A stretch of 52,362 nucleotides of DNA from Basidiobolus meristosporus CBS 931.73 (lineage: Eukaryota; Fungi; Basidiobolomycota). Location of the stretch: assembly GCA_002104905.1 (NCBI GenBank), contig MCFE01000619.1, positions 1 to 52,362 on the forward strand, written 5' to 3'. This document shows, piece by piece, positions 36,720 to 47,651 of the stretch (position 1 is its first letter; every line of letters begins with the position of its first letter). A program made the position numbers and the translations under genes. Below the pieces are notes generated by a model that saw only the letters and a program-made list of their open reading frames with translations, had not been told where the DNA came from and made no database searches.

Positions 36720-38643
36720 TTTAGTTTTAGCTTACTAGAAGCACTTCTATATTGTTGATAAGCCTCTACATTGTAGAGCAACCCCAAACTAATCATGATA
36801 TAACACAACAATTCACTACAACATAATTTCCTTTGGAAACATTAGAGGAGAAGTATTCCTAGTGCTGTGGACCATCTATTGCAATCTACTAAGGTAACAC
36901 CAATGCTCTGACACAGGAGATTTAAACACATCAATTTTGATTATTTGTGCATAATGATCAGAGATCAGCTAATTTCCTGAGTAAATTTGCTCCCCCAGCT
37001 GGTTTGGAGCACTGTAAAGCCTGTATATATGTGAAACAAGCCATACAATTGCCCAAGAGCTCTGGGTTAATCAAAACTATGAAAAAATTAGATTGAACTC
37101 ACTCAGATATGTGTGGACCCATGCAAAATTTATTCTTAGGTGGGATGAAGTATTTAATCCCATTTATTGATGATTATGCATGATATACTTGGGTATACTT
37201 CATGGAGAGAAAGGAAAAAGCTTTATCTAAGCTTGGGTAGTTTAAAGCCATGGTGGAGAGAAAAACTGGTGAAAAAATCAAGGAAACATGCTCAGACAAT
37301 GGTGGCAAATATACCTCAAAACTCTTCATCCACTTCTGCAAGATTCATGGGATAAAGCAAGAGACTACTGTACCATACTCCTAATAGCAAAATGAAGTAG
37401 CAGAATGTGCAAACAGATTAATAGTTGATATGGCAAGATCTATGATCTATGATCAAAAATTGTCCTATGAATTTAGGCGGAATCAGTTGCCACAGGTCTA
37501 TACCTGAGAAATAGAAGTTACAATAGAATACTGTGTGATTCTACACCATTTGAAGCATGGCATGGATACAAACCAAGAGGAGCACATCTAAGTATATTTG
37601 GATGTATAGCATATGCCAAGAAACTGCCTGGAAATCAGCCAAATTTTGAGCCAAAGAGTGAAAAATGCATATTTTTTGGCTACTGCAATGAGAGTAAGGC
37701 ATTAAAGCTCTAAAATACCAAAGCAAAGAAGCTGATTAAGTCTAGGGATGTTTTACATGATGAAAATTCAAATTCTCACAAAAAATGACATCAGTTGATA
37801 ACAAAATTTTGATCTCAAGTCTACCAAAAGTCATGATTGAATCAGAGCAAAACAATGAAAACTCTTTCACTCTATAGGACTCTGCAACTGTAGTTCAGCC
37901 TGAATCAGTGCTCAGGAATATCCTAGAAGTGATCATTCTGGTATCAAATGCCTGGAGATCCCACCAGACATGAAATAGCCATCTTACTCTATCAATGAGT
38001 GTACAAACTTAACCTATGCCTATTTAGTCAGTATTGCTGAGCCCCAGACTGAAAAAGAGACCCTAAATAGCCCTCAGACAAAGTTTTGGAGATCTGCAAT
38101 CACTGAGGAATATCAGGCCCTGGTGGAAATCAAGCTTGGGACTTAGTCAAATTACCAATCAACCAAAAATCAATTGGATGCAGATGGTTCTTTAAGATAA
38201 AATACAAGGCTGATGGTATAGTTAAAAGATACAAGGCAAAAATTGTGACCAAAGGATACTCTGAAACAAAAGGATCTGACTATACTGACACCTTTGCATT
38301 GGTAGCCAAATTTAATTCCATCAGATTAATATTAGCTATTGCAGCCATACATGAGTTTTCATACATCAAATAGATGTAAAAACTGCATTTTTGAATAGAG
38401 AACTTGATGAGGACATGTATATGAGCCAGTCTGATAGGTTTGTTAACCTAGATAATCCCCATTTGGCCTGCAAGCTTAAGAAGACTGTACATGGTCTCAA
38501 ACAATCACCCAGAGCCTAGAATTGCAAGATAGATTCTTATTTGGAATCTTTGAGTTTCAAAAGAGTAATGCTGACTATAGTATATACTATAAGCCTGATA
38601 GAGCAAATCCAGTTCTATTAGCTCTATATGAGGATGATCTTTC
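36720..38643 (+). mobile_element. Copia family C pol relic (PR, integrase, RT start)
   Basis: HSDMCGPM at ~37100; colinear with 2965-4285 and the reverse complement of 44270-46170; many stops. Confidence 0.85.
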
Positions 38644-40247
38644 TGTTGTAAAAGTCTTGGAGATATTAGAAGTGATTTGGGAGAACAAGTAGATTATGTG
38701 TTTTCCACTTAATGATTTACTGAACATAAAAGTAGTATTTATACTTTTAGATGGTCTTGGCATTGCAAGCACATAAAATAGGTAAAGAAAGGTCCCAAAA
38801 ACGTGTGTCCAAAGTGTGGGGCTGTTTGGGCAACTTTGAGAATTTTCATTTTCTGGGTACTTGGCATTTTGGTGAAAATATTCTGAGTAAATCCCAACTA
38901 GGAATTTGGTCAGTATTCTCTAGGTTTTGAAGGTAATCATCTAAGTGGCTAAGCTAGGTGAGTATTTAGGTGGAATTACAAACTTTTACAACATTCCCAC
39001 TCAGATAAATGCTCATACTGACTAGTCCTAATTTTGACCTAAGATATTCAAACTTGTCTCCAGCTATTGGTTTGCTAAATATTTCTCCAATCACTACATC
39101 TGAAGGGCAGTAAACTAAGCTAGCTAAGTTATTCTCTATAGCTTCACATCTGAAATGATGTCAAATATCTATGTGCTTAGCTCTAGCATCAAAAGCTGGA
39201 TTTCTACTTAATTGTATGCATGCATGATTATCTTGAAGTAATGTAATAGGCATTTTTTGACATAGGGTTAAATCTGTAAAAAGCATTCTTAACCGCACTG
39301 CTTTTTTTGTGGCTTCATAGGCTGCAATATACTCTGCCTCTGTGGTAAAAGTGCCACATTTGGTTTCTTTCTTGAATTCCATGAAATTGCTCCTTTACAG
39401 TTGAGAAAGGTGTATCCTGTGGTGGATCTTCTGTCTCATAAATTTTGTCCCCAATTGGCATCAGTGTATCCCACAAGATCCTGTTCTGAATCCTTATAAG
39501 TGTATCTTAGGCAGATATCAGCAGTTCCTTTTAGGTATCTAAAAATCCACTTAACTGCTGCAATTTGATCATATCCATAGTTCTGATTATGCTAGCTGAC
39601 AACTCCCACTAAATATGAGATATCTGGACATGTTCCAAGCATTATGTACATCAGACTACCAATCATAGATTGATAAGGAAAGTCAGGGCTTTTGGATGGC
39701 ACCAAGCTCTCTTGATTTGGTTGAGTCTTGACCAAGTTAAGGCTCGTCTCCATTGGGGTAGCTGCTGGTATACAGTCTTCCATTTGGTACTTCTTTAGTA
39801 TATCTTGAATATACTTGGATTGGCTTAAGGTAATAGTCTGGGTACTTCTGTCTATGGAGAACTTAATCCCTAAGTAGTAACTGAGTTCTCCTAGATTGCA
39901 AATCTTGAACTCCTTATATAGGCTGGATTTAGTCTCTTCCAATGTTTCTAGGATATAGATGGCAATAATAACATCATCCACATATAAAGATAATAGTACT
40001 GAATTTGTTCTATCTGGCTTATAGTATATACTATAGTCAGCATTACTCCTTTTGAAACTCATAGGTTCCAAATAAGAGTCCATCTTGCAATTCCAGGCAC
40101 TTGGTGATTATTTGAGACCATATAGAGACCTTTTAAGCCTGCAGGCCCAGTGGGGGTTATCTTGGTCAAGGAACCCATTAGGCTGGTCCCTAAAAACTTA
40201 TATTTGGCTGCAATAGCCAATATTAATCTAATGGAATTAAACTTGGC

Positions 40248-43200
40248 TGTTGTGCATCAACAGTTAAAACTTAGCCAATTTCTCTCTGTTAGAAAATCTA
40301 GTACCCTAACTGATTTTCCCTAACCCATACATAACTAATCCCGGTTATGGTTTATTTTATCACTTCTCAGAATCTTTTTTAGCTGTCATACCTGATTAGC
40401 TTTCAAGTGGTTAATACATCCTCAACTGATCTGCAAAGCCTTTCCAAAGAATTAGTCATCTGGTATCCATCCAACCACTTAGTAGTTGCCAAGACATCAG
40501 CTGATTAATAATGCAATTTTTCATTTATCTTATGCACCTATTAGCACCCAAACAGATTTCAATTAGTCCAGTCTCTTAGCACTTACTAATTCAACTTGAT
40601 CAGAAAAATATAAATAAAGATTACTGAACCTTTTAGTTCAGTGTGCGTGTCAACAGTGTTGCAATATTCTGAGGAGTATTGGAAGTGATGTGGAGAACTA
40701 GGAGATTTACATGTTATTCACTTGTAGATTTATTGATCAAAAGTATGGTATTTATACTTTTGATAAAGTAGAGGAAACAAACGTGTAGAGTTTGTTAAGG
40801 AAGGTCCCAAGAATATGTGTGCAAAGTTTGGGGTCTTTTGGACGACTTTGAGAAAAATAATAATCTGGGTACCTGACAATTTGGTGAAAATATTCTAAGT
40901 AAATCCCGACAAGAAATCTATTCAGGACAGAATGCTAATCACAGAATAAGATCTATGTGACTAAGTTAGCATGAATATTTAGGTGACAATTCAATAATTA
41001 CAACACTCCCACTCAACAAAATATTCATGAGTAATAAATACATATTGTGAGTGTGCAATCTGTAATAAGTGTATAAGATTTAACTGTTTTGCATACTGGA
41101 CTAATATATTATCCAAAGGTGTATGCATTTGTGTTCAACTTAATAGAACAAGTAACTTGGAATTCAGTATGCATATCTACTTAGTAATATGCCTAAAAAT
41201 CTGAATGATCTGATCATAATACTAATCATCAACTTTGATCAGTTGTACGGGCTTGAATAATAAGCTGAGTCTAATTGACAGATTGTAATAATGGTATATA
41301 GCCTCTGGGCTATCCAATGCTTCTTATTTGAGCAAAATTGACCCACTTTTGGTCAAGTTAAGGTTTTGTCATTTATGGCAGATCTGGAGTTTCCTTATTT
41401 CTGGCCAACAGTCTAATCCATTTAGACAACTTCACTGTGTGTCCATATTAGGCTCAGGGACAGTTACTTCCATCATATAGATGCTATATGAGGTAAAAAA
41501 TAGTGACCTACTTTGGGTCAAGTTAAGGTTTTGTCATTTACGCCTGATCCGGATTATCCTTGTTTCCTGGCACTGTGGCACATATAACATGGCCAAAAAA
41601 GAAGGTTTTTGCTCAACTCTGAGCTGGGATGGCCTGCTCCCACTTGAACCACGTCTGTTTAGTGATTCAGATCCACAAATATGATCTAGAATGGTCATCT
41701 TTGTCTTCTTTAAATAGCAATAACTTTCTTTGGACTGATTACTTCATATGCGGTAGATTCAAAGTCCATTTGCTTCTTGATTTACCCAGTTTGGTATTGG
41801 ACAACACCATGGGTTGTTTGGTAGCTATTCTTAGAGTGCTTCTACTGATTTGGATTGATACAGCTGCTTTTGTCTTATCAGAATATACTTGTAGAATAGA
41901 GATTGGCGCTTTTCCAGAAGTGAGATTCTCCTTAACAAGGGCTTTGATTATCCTTATTCTCCTGATAGTTATTTTCAACCTTGAGCTCGGTTTCCAAGGC
42001 TAACTGATCTTCTCAGTGTCTTCAGAATCCATAAAAACCATCTGGTTGATCCTTGCACCTTTTTCTTTCAGCTCCATAGACAGCAGACATCAAGACTTCT
42101 GCACTAAATAATCTGTTCTAATATATACTACAATATCTAACAGATCCTGTTGAAGTTTCAAGGCTCTTCTGGGGTTTCTAGCTTGAGAACTTTGTACAAG
42201 AGGCTCCATAGAACATATCTGCATTGCCAGATAGTCCAAATATGGCCTACATAAGTTTTGACACCATTTGGGAAGTACCCTAGTTTCCGGTAGTAGTATT
42301 TTCCATTTTTTCTTCTGTTCTTTTTCTGCTGATGACCCAGGGATAATTCCTTTTGTGGGGTGGTTCTGGACTTCCTTGCAGGTGGGGCCACGGTGTTTTT
42401 GAGCACAAGAGTCTCCATGACATCATTGTTCCAGAATATCTGACTATTTGAGAGTGAAATAATCAAAATTGGCATCCACTTAGATCATTCATAACTTTTG
42501 ATAGAGTTGACCAAATTTGATCAAATAAACTGCATTTGATAGCTAGCTTCATCAATACTTTGGTATTAGACTCCAATATATCAGTATTTTGAGTTGCAGA
42601 ACTTGGCGGTGACTTGATCAATCAAAATTCTTTTGATCTGATCCAGAGAAGTTAAATATCACCAAGTGTTTTCTCCCACTGTAATAAGTGATATATATAT
42701 AACAAGTATAAAGTACTGTGTTATCTTCTGAGTGGCTCTTAGCTGTGTACTGACCAACTGTTGCTTGGTTGTATACTCCAATCAGGCTTGCAATTATATG
42801 CTTCACTCCTTTGGCTGGCGGTAGAATCTTCATGAGTTGATTTTGCTAAATTTGTATAATACTTTCTCCCACTGTTTTGAGACTTAAACAGAGTGATAGC
42901 ACGTCTAACAGCTCCATATTTAGCTCCTGGTACACTGGTTTCAGTATCAAAACACTTGATACAATTATAGCATTCTTCTAATGGATTGTGTAGTACATAT
43001 CCGTACTCCAGGTGGATATATATGTATTATATATCATTGGGATCCTTACAATTCAGGAAGCTTGTTTCTGAGATCTTTTTCCATCAGTAGATAGTCCAGA
43101 ATGGCGGCTAACAGCTCCAGTATTTGCATTCTCAGCTGTATTTTGAGTGGCAACAGATTTTTGGTAAAATCCTCCTCCGGCAATCATTTAATAATGATCT

Positions 43201-44261
43201 ATTTTTTTTTTTCGCAATTCAGGATAATATCCTATCCAAGAGCTCGTCTAACAGTCAATTGGGGTCATATGAATACATATTGCAGTATATTTCATTGTAG
43301 ATCTGGACCCTCAATTGCTGGAATTACGCAATTTTCTTCAGTAGTGGTAGAGCACCAACATACTATATTTCTTGACACAATTACATGCCAGTTTGATTGA
43401 CTCTTCTTCATAACTAACTTGGATAGTTACTGAAGGCATCTTTTGAAGGCAAGGCCTTCTTCTCCACAGCAATATCCTCATAAACATAGTCCTTTAGCAG
43501 CGGTAGTCTTCTTTAACCTTAGCGGAGCAATAGTGCGGAAAGTCTTTCTCCAGACTAGCAGAAAAGGATCCAAAGCATAGTAGACACCAAGAGGACAGCA
43601 AGCTTGGGGCTCATAACCTGTTGCAATATTCTGAGGAGTATTGGAAGTGATGTGGAGAACTAGAAGATTTACATGTTATTCACTTGTAGATTTATTGATC
43701 AAAAGTATGGTATTTATACTTTTGATAAAGTAGAGGAAACAGACGTGTAGAGTTTGTTAAGGAAGGTCCCAAGAATATGTGTGCAAAGTTTGGGGTCTTT
43801 TGGACGACTTTGAGAAAAATAATAATCTGGGTACCTGACAATTTAGTGAAAATATTCTAAGTAAATCCCGACAAGAAATCTAGTCAGGACAGAATGCTAA
43901 TCACAGAATAAGATCTATGTGACTAAGTTAGCATGAATATTTAGGTGACAATTCAATAATTACAACAAACAGAACTAAGATTGTGCCTCAGCAAAATTAA
44001 GATTTCAACAATTCTGTTCTAGTTTCCACCCAAGCCTAGCATATCTAGCATTCCCAAGAACACCAAGCCTAGCCTGTATAGCAAGCCAACTCTGTTGCCT
44101 TTATAGCCCAACTCAGCAATATATAAGACCAATATTAGACCAGTACTTCTCTGCTAATATTTCTGTCACCCTTGGCAATTCTAAGATTCTGCGTGTTGTT
44201 GTTACATAGGTTCAGTAATCTCATTCAACAGTATTATTACACTTTTCTCTTGGATACAACA
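40248..44261. repeat. Solo LTR (family E, ~700 bp; 40248-40656 + 43973-44261) inserted in the copia C RT
   Basis: TGTTG...CAACA termini; flanks TTGGC/TTTGC (1 mismatch). Removal restores in-frame RT FALVAKF. Confidence 0.75.
40657..43967 (-). mobile_element. Non-autonomous copia-type LTR element (D), 3311 bp
   Basis: 349-bp LTRs 40657-41005 and 43619-43967 with 4 differences. TSD AACAG (40652-40656, 43968-43972). PBS GGTTATGAGCCC (43607-43618, minus); PPT GTTGAGTGGGAG (41006-41017, minus). No minus-strand ORF longer than 105 aa in the internal region. Confidence 0.95.
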
Positions 44262-45418
44262 TTTGCTACCAGTGCAAAGATCTCAGTATAGTCAAATCCT
44301 TTTGTTTGATAGTATCCTTTGGCCACAAGTCTTGCTTTGTATCTTTCAATTGTACCATCAGCCTTGTATTTTGTCTTTAAGATTCATCTGCATCCCATTG
44401 ATTTTTGGCAATTTGGTAATTTGACTAAGTCCCAAGCTTGATTTTCCATCAGGGCCTGATATTCCTCAGTCATTTCAGATCTCCAAAACTTTGTCTGAGG
44501 GCTATTTAGGGCCTCTTTTACAGTCTGGGGCTCAACAATATGGACTGAATAGGCATAGGCCAAGTTTGTACCCTCATTGATGGAGTAATTTGGTCTATTT
44601 CTGGTGCAATTGGATCTCCAGGCATTTGATACTGGAATGATCATTTCTGGGATATTCCTGGGCACTGCTCTAGGCTTAACCATGGTTGTAGAGTCCTCTG
44701 GAGTGAAAAAAACTTCATTGTTTTGCTCTGATTCAGTCCTGACAATTGGTGGACTGGCAATAAGATTTTTATCATCATCTGATGTCATTTTTGGTGGAAA
44801 CTCTGAATTTTCATCAAAAAACACATCCCTGGGCTTGATAAGCCTCTTTGCTTTGGTATTAAAGAGTCTGTATGCTTTAATCTCATTGCAGTAGCTCAAA
44901 ATATGTATTTTACACTTTTGGGCTCAAGTTTTAACTGATTTCTGGGCAGTTTCTTGGCATAAGCTGTACACCCAAATATGCTTAGATGTTCTCCTCTTGG
45001 TCTGTACCCATATCATGCTTCAAATGGAGTTGAATTACAAAGTATTCTGGTGTAACTCCTATTTCTAAGGTATACAGCTGTAGCAACTGATTCCACCCAA
45101 AAATCATAGGATAATTTTTGATTGTGGATCATAGCTCTTACCATATCAATTATTGATCTGTTTGCACATTCTGATATTCTATTCTGCTGTGGGGAGTATG
45201 GTGCAGTAGTCTCTTGCCTTATCCCATGAATTTAGCAGAAGTGGATGAAAGGTTTTGAGATAGATTCTCCACCATTGTCAGAGCATTTTTTCTTGATTTT
45301 TTCACTAGTTTCTCTCTCCACCATGGCTTTAAACTCCCTGAACTTAGATAGAGCTTCTTCCATTCTCTCTATGAAGTGGACCCATGTTTATCTTGTATAA
45401 TCATCAATAAAAGTGATT

Positions 45419-45629
45419 AGACTTGTTCCATTGTGCCATTGATTGTAGTGCCAGAGAGCATTGTATATTTTGTTATTAATTTGATATTTTAGGGTTATAT
45501 GCATGTCAATTTTGATCCCAAATTGACACTGTATGGCACTATCTGGCATTCTGTGGTATGATCAGGCACCATCTGGCATGCTATGGCACTATTGGGCACT
45601 ATGATCAGTGGGAATGATGGAACAAGTCT
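45419..45629. mobile_element. 211-bp MITE
   Basis: TIR AGACTTGTTCCA / TGGAACAAGTCT; ATT on both sides (45416-45418, 45630-45632); subterminal GTGCCA/TGGCAC repeats. Removal restores the copia integrase sequence seen at ~37141-37170. Confidence 0.9.
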
Positions 45630-47651
45630 ATTAAATACTTCATCCCACCTAGGGATAAATTTTGCATAAATCCACACAGATCTGAGTGAATTAGATATAA
45701 TTTTTCTTGGTTTTGATTAACCCAGAGCTCTTGAACAGTTGTCTGGCATATTTCCCATATATGCAGGTCTCACAGTGCTCCAAACTAGCTGGGGGATCAA
45801 TTTTTACTCCAGAAATTAGCTGACCTCTGATCATTTTGCACAAATAATCAAAAATGATGTGCCCAAATCTCCTGTGCCAAAGCATTGGTGCTTCTTCATT
45901 TAAGTTACTTATATTGGCTGCCAAATGTGATGGAATATTAGTCAACTTGTATAGATTCTGATCTCTGATACCCAAAGCAGTATGGGCACCAATTTGATCA
46001 GTGATCCTGCATGCAGAATTTTCAAAGCTGAAGCTGAGTTCTTCTGCAGTGGCCTTACTTACAGATAGTAGGTTCTTGGTTATTTCTGATACATAGAGTA
46101 CCTCTTCAAAGGTCAGTGTATGGTCCCCTTCATTGCTTCCAGGGCTTACTTGGATAGTTCCTTCTTGCACTGCATCAAGCGTTCTATTGTCACCTATGAA
46201 AACCTTCTTGATTTGAATCTCTTAATATTGGGTAGAAGTCCTTTTTGGTGTGTAAAGTGTTGAGATACTCCAGATTCAATGTACCATATCTGAGAATCCT
46301 TGTTTGTGGTCATATTTAGTGCAGATATGAATAGTCTATCTTCAGTTGTTGCAGCATTTCCATATTCAGGCTTCTTTTGCTGATTATCTTTCTTTTTGAG
46401 ACACTGGTCTGATGTGTGTCCTTTCCAGTTGCAGTAGTTACAAAACAGGTTGCTGTTGCCTTTGTAGGGTCTTGGGTACCTCCTTTGTTGGTTAGCATTG
46501 CTTATTAAGGCATTTTCTTCTTCCTTCTTATTGGCACTTGATTTTCTTAATTCTTCATCCAGGAGCCTTCCATATAGGCAATTTAAGGTCAAATCTTCAG
46601 TTCTGGACTCTAGGGCTGATACAAGGCCCTGAAACCCGTCTGTCAGGCTATTCAGGATTGTAACTATCACATCCTCATCAGTAGTTGGTATGCCCACAGA
46701 TTCCATCTCATCTACCAGCAGGGTAATTCTGTTAATTAGATTTTTCATTTCTTCTCCTGGCAGCATCTTTGTAGTAAAGAATTTTTGTCTCAGATACATT
46801 TTCTTGGCAGCTCAACATGACTGGTAGGTGTCTTCTAATGCTTTCCAGGCATTCTTTGTTTTGAAGAAGGTTCCAAAGAATCATGTACAAAGAATGAGGT
46901 TGAAAAGGCAAACTTTCAGAATGCCACCAAAGCTCAAGATAGCTCTACCTAACCCAACATCCCAAACAAACGACATATGAACTCAATGGTTCATAGTCCA
47001 GCAATTGGCCGAATGGAGGACTCCTGGGCTTTTTGCCATCTGCGTAATGGAGAAGAACCCATAAAAGATCTTGCCAAATCAACCCAAACACCACCTGGAG
47101 TTTGGAAACATTGGCCAGAAATGAGATCGTGATTACAATTAGGCGCCGAACCAAACATCCACTCACAATGGGCCACCATATTATCATTATGATGATGATG
47201 ATGATTTGCGATACGTGGTGTTGAGCACATTCAAGCACATTCAGATCATGCAATCCCAGGATAGTGGCTATGCGAGGTTATTTGTGGGTTGGACCTAATC
47301 AATGCGTCACTGGGAGACCATTAGCTTCGGATTCATTGCGTCTTATCGACCACGCCGATCTCTGGTCGCCAAGAGATGACCATGCGACAATCTCGCCCAG
47401 ACAGCCAATAGAGATCGGAAGATTCCAAAGGAAGAAGAGGATGGGAAGAGTTCGATTCACCTTCCCGTGGTTGAAGAAGTTGCCTAATGCGTAAGATAGC
47501 CGTTTCAGGTTTCGATTCACCAGCCAATCTGCAGACCGAAGACCGATTCCCTGGAATTCAAGGGATCCTAGGGTCATTGTCCTGGTCGGGTAAATATTTC
47601 ACTCGTGTGGCCTATAAATGGGATGAAAGGGCACAGTGGCTATCGATTATC

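Larger units (their letters stand above)
38644..46866 (-). mobile_element. Copia family C element lacking its 5' LTR, interrupted by nested insertions
   Basis: 3' LTR 38644-38993 with PPT CTGAGTGGGAA. RNase H 39161..39382, RT 39592..40083 (LYVDD), integrase ~44400-45700, LWHRRFGH (45691..46170), gag with CNYCNWKGHTSDQC (46194..46799). Confidence 0.9.

Noticed and set aside
41600-43500. Stop codons in element D as evidence of C>T mutation
   Set aside because: Every stop codon begins with T, so the test is uninformative without a consensus.
1-46866. Classical Neurospora-type RIP
   Set aside because: CpA and TpG remain abundant while CpG is missing, and the DNA is not extremely AT-rich. A CpG-directed RIP-like process cannot be excluded without a mutation spectrum.
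46945-47577. Minus-strand gene upstream of DUF726
   Set aside because: Several short overlapping ORFs with no recognisable motif or consistent splice model; left unannotated.
47487-47651. N-terminal extension of DUF726 shown in the ORF track
   Set aside because: Starts at a non-ATG codon; the first in-frame ATG is at 47652.
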